The notes beneath the pieces are model-generated. The model was given only the letters and a program-made list of their open reading frames with translations, ran no database searches and was not told the origin of the DNA. DNA of 64,000 nt from Asterionella formosa (lineage: Eukaryota). Each line of letters begins with the position of its first letter. Positions within the stretch are counted from its first letter, which is position 1. Positions 60,301-64,000 of this stretch are shown here, one piece after another. The translations under genes were made by a program, and so were the position numbers. The DNA lies in assembly GCA_002256025.1 (NCBI GenBank), contig NKIB01004673.1, positions 62,001 through 126,000 on the forward strand, given 5' to 3'.

Positions 60301-61852
60301 GGGGAACTACCCCATTGTCCACAGGGACACCATCAGCTGCACAGGATCCCCTAATTGATACTGAAAGCGATGATGACATTTCTTCTTCAGTTGGTGCTGC
60401 TACAAAAAATGGCTCCTGTCGACAATACCATTAATAACTCCTGGATGCAGATGGATGACATGGTTCCATATCATGTATTTTCTAATTGTACAGACCAACA
60501 AGTACATAACAAACTAAGGGAAAACACTTTGCACTTGCCAAAGGATATTATCAATTGGTCAATGAACTCAATCACTACAAAGGTCGTAATTCGGTTCGCA
60601 GTTATCAAGAATTTTCTATTTCAGCAGCCTTATCAGAACGTCATTCCCGCTTTTAGCTAAAATTGATCCAAACCATCAATTGTCAAAAAGGTTGTGAATT
60701 TTATTTTCAAGACCAAGAAGTTTTGCTGTGAACATGTAAGTTTGATGTTAAAGTTTGTCATTTGCAGGTTCTGTAAAACCGAATATCAATCAAATGTGCT
60801 TTTTCTGGTCCCAAAAGAGAATCAAAATTGCATCCCGCCCTGCTATCTGGTCCAAGTAGTATGAAAGGTATTTCCAATCACAAACAGGATTGGTTTGCCC
60901 ATTGTTGCCTAACTCGGCTATACACAGTGAAACCGGAGCTATTCAAAGAAGTGGAGAGTGACCTAGCCAGAGCTTGCCGATTTCATATGGAATGGTTCTG
61001 ATGCACTATTTCCGATGAACCAGACCATTGAACATATCAACAAGGTACATTTAGATTACATCAAATGAACATTTGGTGGCATGTGCATTAAAAAGTTGAG
61101 AGAAAGTCAGAATGTATTGAATAATCAATTTAAAGGAATCTTGGGTAAGTTGCAGGGAGATACTCCCAAAGCATGATGTTTTGATTTGATGATTATATTC
61201 TTATCAAATATGTTTCAATTTAAAAATGCTAACAGAATTCGTGACACGCCAGCTGATCAACCAGAATATAACTTCCAGACTATGGATATTGATGACTTAA
61301 TTAGATGGGCATTCATGCTTTATAGTTTTGCGCAGTCAAAGGAACTCATCAAAAAAGTGTGAGGGAAGAAAGTTCAGTTTCAAATGGTCTCACTGATCAA
61401 TGGACTGATGATTTACTTGCTTATTATAGGCATATCTACAGTGGACTTTCACAATAGAATTCATCTGAATATTAATGGAATCCTAGTGGAATTGCTACTT
61501 CCACCACAAAAATCATCTACCCAAACTCATACTTCTCATTTCCCAATGTAAGTGAAGAGTAAATGCATCAATATGTTGAAGCACTCCTGGAGGAATGACC
61601 TGTCAAGATCTTTCTCTTGCCTCTCGTTTGCGTATTATTCTGCTATATAAATACTGTTGTCCATTTCTATTTAGACATTCCTCAGACTACATCTAGTCTT
61701 CGGACACCTGTTGACATCAACAGCCTAACAGACACAGCTTGACCTGGGATCAAAAGCAATATTCTTTTCTCACTTACTGGTACCTGGTACCGGGTAGTTC
61801 TTAAAATAAATTCGTTCATGTAAAGTAACTTTTGACCCTTAACAACATCGGT

Positions 61853-62677
61853 ATGTCCCCCTCTGCTGCCTGAACCAACTTGTCATCTCAAAGCGTCAGG
61901 ATCTCCAATTCAGTACTTGGCGAAGGGGTTTTCCGTATCTGTCTTGCAGGAACTTATGTTGGAGGCAACCGCAACCAGCAAGAAGCTGCTTGCAAACACT
62001 TCAAGCCACAATATCACAGAATGCAGGATGAATACTTTCGAGCTGACTTTCAAATTGCTGACAAAACTATTGAATTTGCAGAATCTTGGAATAAATTTTG
62101 TCGCAAAAGTGAAAAAATTCTTGTCTCCCGAGGTGTCGTCAAGAATACGTAGTCGGGAATCAAGTACCTCGTCGAACCCTTGATCAGATTCCACACGAAG
62201 TTTACATCGAATACAGGGTGGATTGCTGATGAAGGTGACATTGGATGGCCGGCCTTGGCCATGGAAGCTTTTTCTCATTTCACCTATCATCAATCAGGTG
62301 ATCAAATGATTGTTTGTGATCTCCAGGGCCGCCACCGCAACAATAAATACAAAAAGTCCCGATTTGAATTGTCAGATCCCGCCATTTGCAGCCGCCGCCG
62401 ATCCTACGTGCCAACAGATCTTGGCGAGCAAGGGATCGAAAACTTCTTTGTCAACCATCACTGCAATGAATATTGTCAGGACCATTGGACTAGACCATGG
62501 CAGCCCCGCCAGTGGTTCCCCGTATCGCACAATACATCCATGTTGTCTTCACGGGTATCTAATCAGCTCAAACTTACCAGCGCTTATACCTTTCGAATGG
62601 GGTCTGCACGAGTGCTTCAGGAGGACGAGTACAGACAGATGTACGACGACGACGACGACTGGGACTCTGATGAGTAG
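61853..62677 (+). pseudogene. Alpha-kinase (eEF2K/MHCK-like) with two in-frame stops
   Basis: LGEGVFR, YLVEPLI, KFTSNTGW, AFSHFTYH, VCDLQG, LSDPAI, TDLG..GI..FF..H.CN..C. All in one frame with TGA at 61871-61873 and TAG at 62150-62152. Confidence 0.85.
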
Positions 62678-62845
62678 TAACCGCTGTTCACGTGAATGCT
62701 TATTGTACACAACATATATAAGGTCGAACCACGTTCAGGTGAAAGCAAGACATCCAACGTGTATATATCAAGGAATATAGTAGTGAATTAGGTAAATCTT
62801 GCAAATTCCTCCAAAATTTCTTGAAATTTTAGATTTTACTTCAGT

Positions 62846-62933
62846 ATGGCACAATCTCAAAATCGGTTCTTCAAAGCCAGCACGTATGCTGGGCTGGCTC
62901 ATCATTCACCAGTCAAATCGAATTGCATGCCAT
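62846..62933 (-). promoter_or_regulatory. Candidate SECIS element in the msrA 3' UTR
   Basis: Minus strand AUGAU-GAGCCAGC-loop-GCUGGCUU-UGAA, enclosed by GGU/ACC and AUGGCA/UGCCAU helices, just downstream of the stop codon. Confidence 0.6.
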
Positions 62934-62943
62934 TCTCAAAGGG

Positions 62944-63769
62944 CTACGATTTCTTGCCTCCTCGCTTGGTCAAAAAGTTTTGATGATATTCCTCCGCCTT
63001 GTAAAATTTCGTCACTCGCTCAATGTCTACATAAACTGTCTGGTTTCGGGGGGCACTTACCCTGATACCAGCCACAACCTCGTTTGCCATGTCCTCCTGC
63101 TCGTCACTCAAATACCAAATTGCACTCCTGTATTGTGTCTTGTCTTTGACATACGGATAATTCATTCTTGACCACTGCAAAACAAATGCATTGTGTGTGG
63201 TGTAAGCAAAAGCGGCTGACTAGATAGGTGCGATGACAACTAAACAAGAATCATAAGGAAAGGGGATAGTACTCGAGGTGTCGAGGGAACATACCTCCAA
63301 CAGAATATCCTCGTAAGTAATCACCTTGGGATCAAACTCCACCAAGATAGCCTCTGTGTGATCTTTCATGACCCTGTAGGTTGGGTCGTTCTCGTGGCCA
63401 CCGGAATAGCCTGTAACACAACGAGACGACGACAGAAATGGTCAGAATGATGTTCGGTTATAAACCCCTCCTGATCACATCGTTCGGCACGCGGATGCTT
63501 GAATGCTGACCTACCTACCAAACATCTCACAACTCCTTTCACCTGTCAAATAGTGTTAACGAATAATAATCGAGTCAATCAGGACGAAATGCAGCACAGT
63601 GAATTGATGAATACTATCTTACCTTAAGAAACTTGAGCTGCGGTCCCCAAAATCACCCACACGCGACAATGGCAACCTCGTTTTCAGGTGAATTCTGGGG
63701 AGTCACTTTGACTTCAGGACATTCATCATTGTCCTGGCGCGCTTCGAGCCACTTATCCACGGAAAACAT
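62944..63769 (-). CDS. msrA: Peptide methionine-S-sulfoxide reductase, selenocysteine form; 4 exons
   Basis: Exons 63769-63623, 63542-63515, 63410-63295 and 63174-62944, all GT-AG. Product VACG[TGA]FWGPQ..GYSGG..PTY..DHTEAILVEFDP..QYRSAIW..FYKAEEYHQ. The TGA at 63655-63653 occupies the catalytic position of GCFW. Confidence 0.92.
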
Positions 63770-64000
63770 GTCGTTTAAGTTGTGTGTATGCAGGGAATTG
63801 TGTCAGACAGGCGAAGGTTTTTTCTTTATGCACCTAACATAATTCTCCTGTATCATGTCATTTACCGGTAAATTGTGATTGACGTTTCGCAGTGGTATGT
63901 ATACCGGTATCTACATTATCCATACATTAATACCGATTTCTTTCAGTCCTCGAACAGTAGCCAAAACTTTCTTGTCGCTTGGGTCATTTGGCGTGAAAAG

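Noticed and set aside
58469..61600. Protein-coding genes in overlapping short ORFs
   Set aside because: Fragmented, low-complexity frames with no motif I can identify; probably decayed mobile DNA.
61871..61873. Selenocysteine codon in the alpha-kinase
   Set aside because: A second (TAG) stop is present, the position is not a recognisable catalytic Cys, and the SECIS candidate is on the opposite strand.

Overview
Eukaryotic nuclear DNA, most likely a diatom (inferred from short GT-AG introns, an ASAFAP-like presequence and diatom-type transposon remnants). Compact gene islands alternate with decayed, nested mobile DNA. Recognisable genes: RNA polymerase III largest subunit, a long coiled-coil protein, an SMP-domain protein, an F-box-like protein, a ChaC-RCC1 fusion, a 2OG-Fe(II) oxygenase, an iGluR-like receptor, Derlin, PIG-U, a Med8-like protein, cytoplasmic dynein intermediate chain, an alpha-kinase pseudogene, and an MsrA with in-frame UGA (Sec) plus a candidate SECIS. 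Mobile DNA: a Copia LTR element, a split tyrosine-recombinase remnant, a DD39D mariner remnant, a LINE fragment, three copies of a tRNA-derived SINE (two with clear TSDs, one split by a 4.4-kb TIR element) and a TA-flanked MITE. The most unusual signal is the GGTACC/TACC(W)GGTA clusters near gene starts. Comparing paralogous copies shows two of them are insertions at TA sites, consistent with accumulated transposon excision footprints. All family assignments come from motif recognition by eye; no searches were run.
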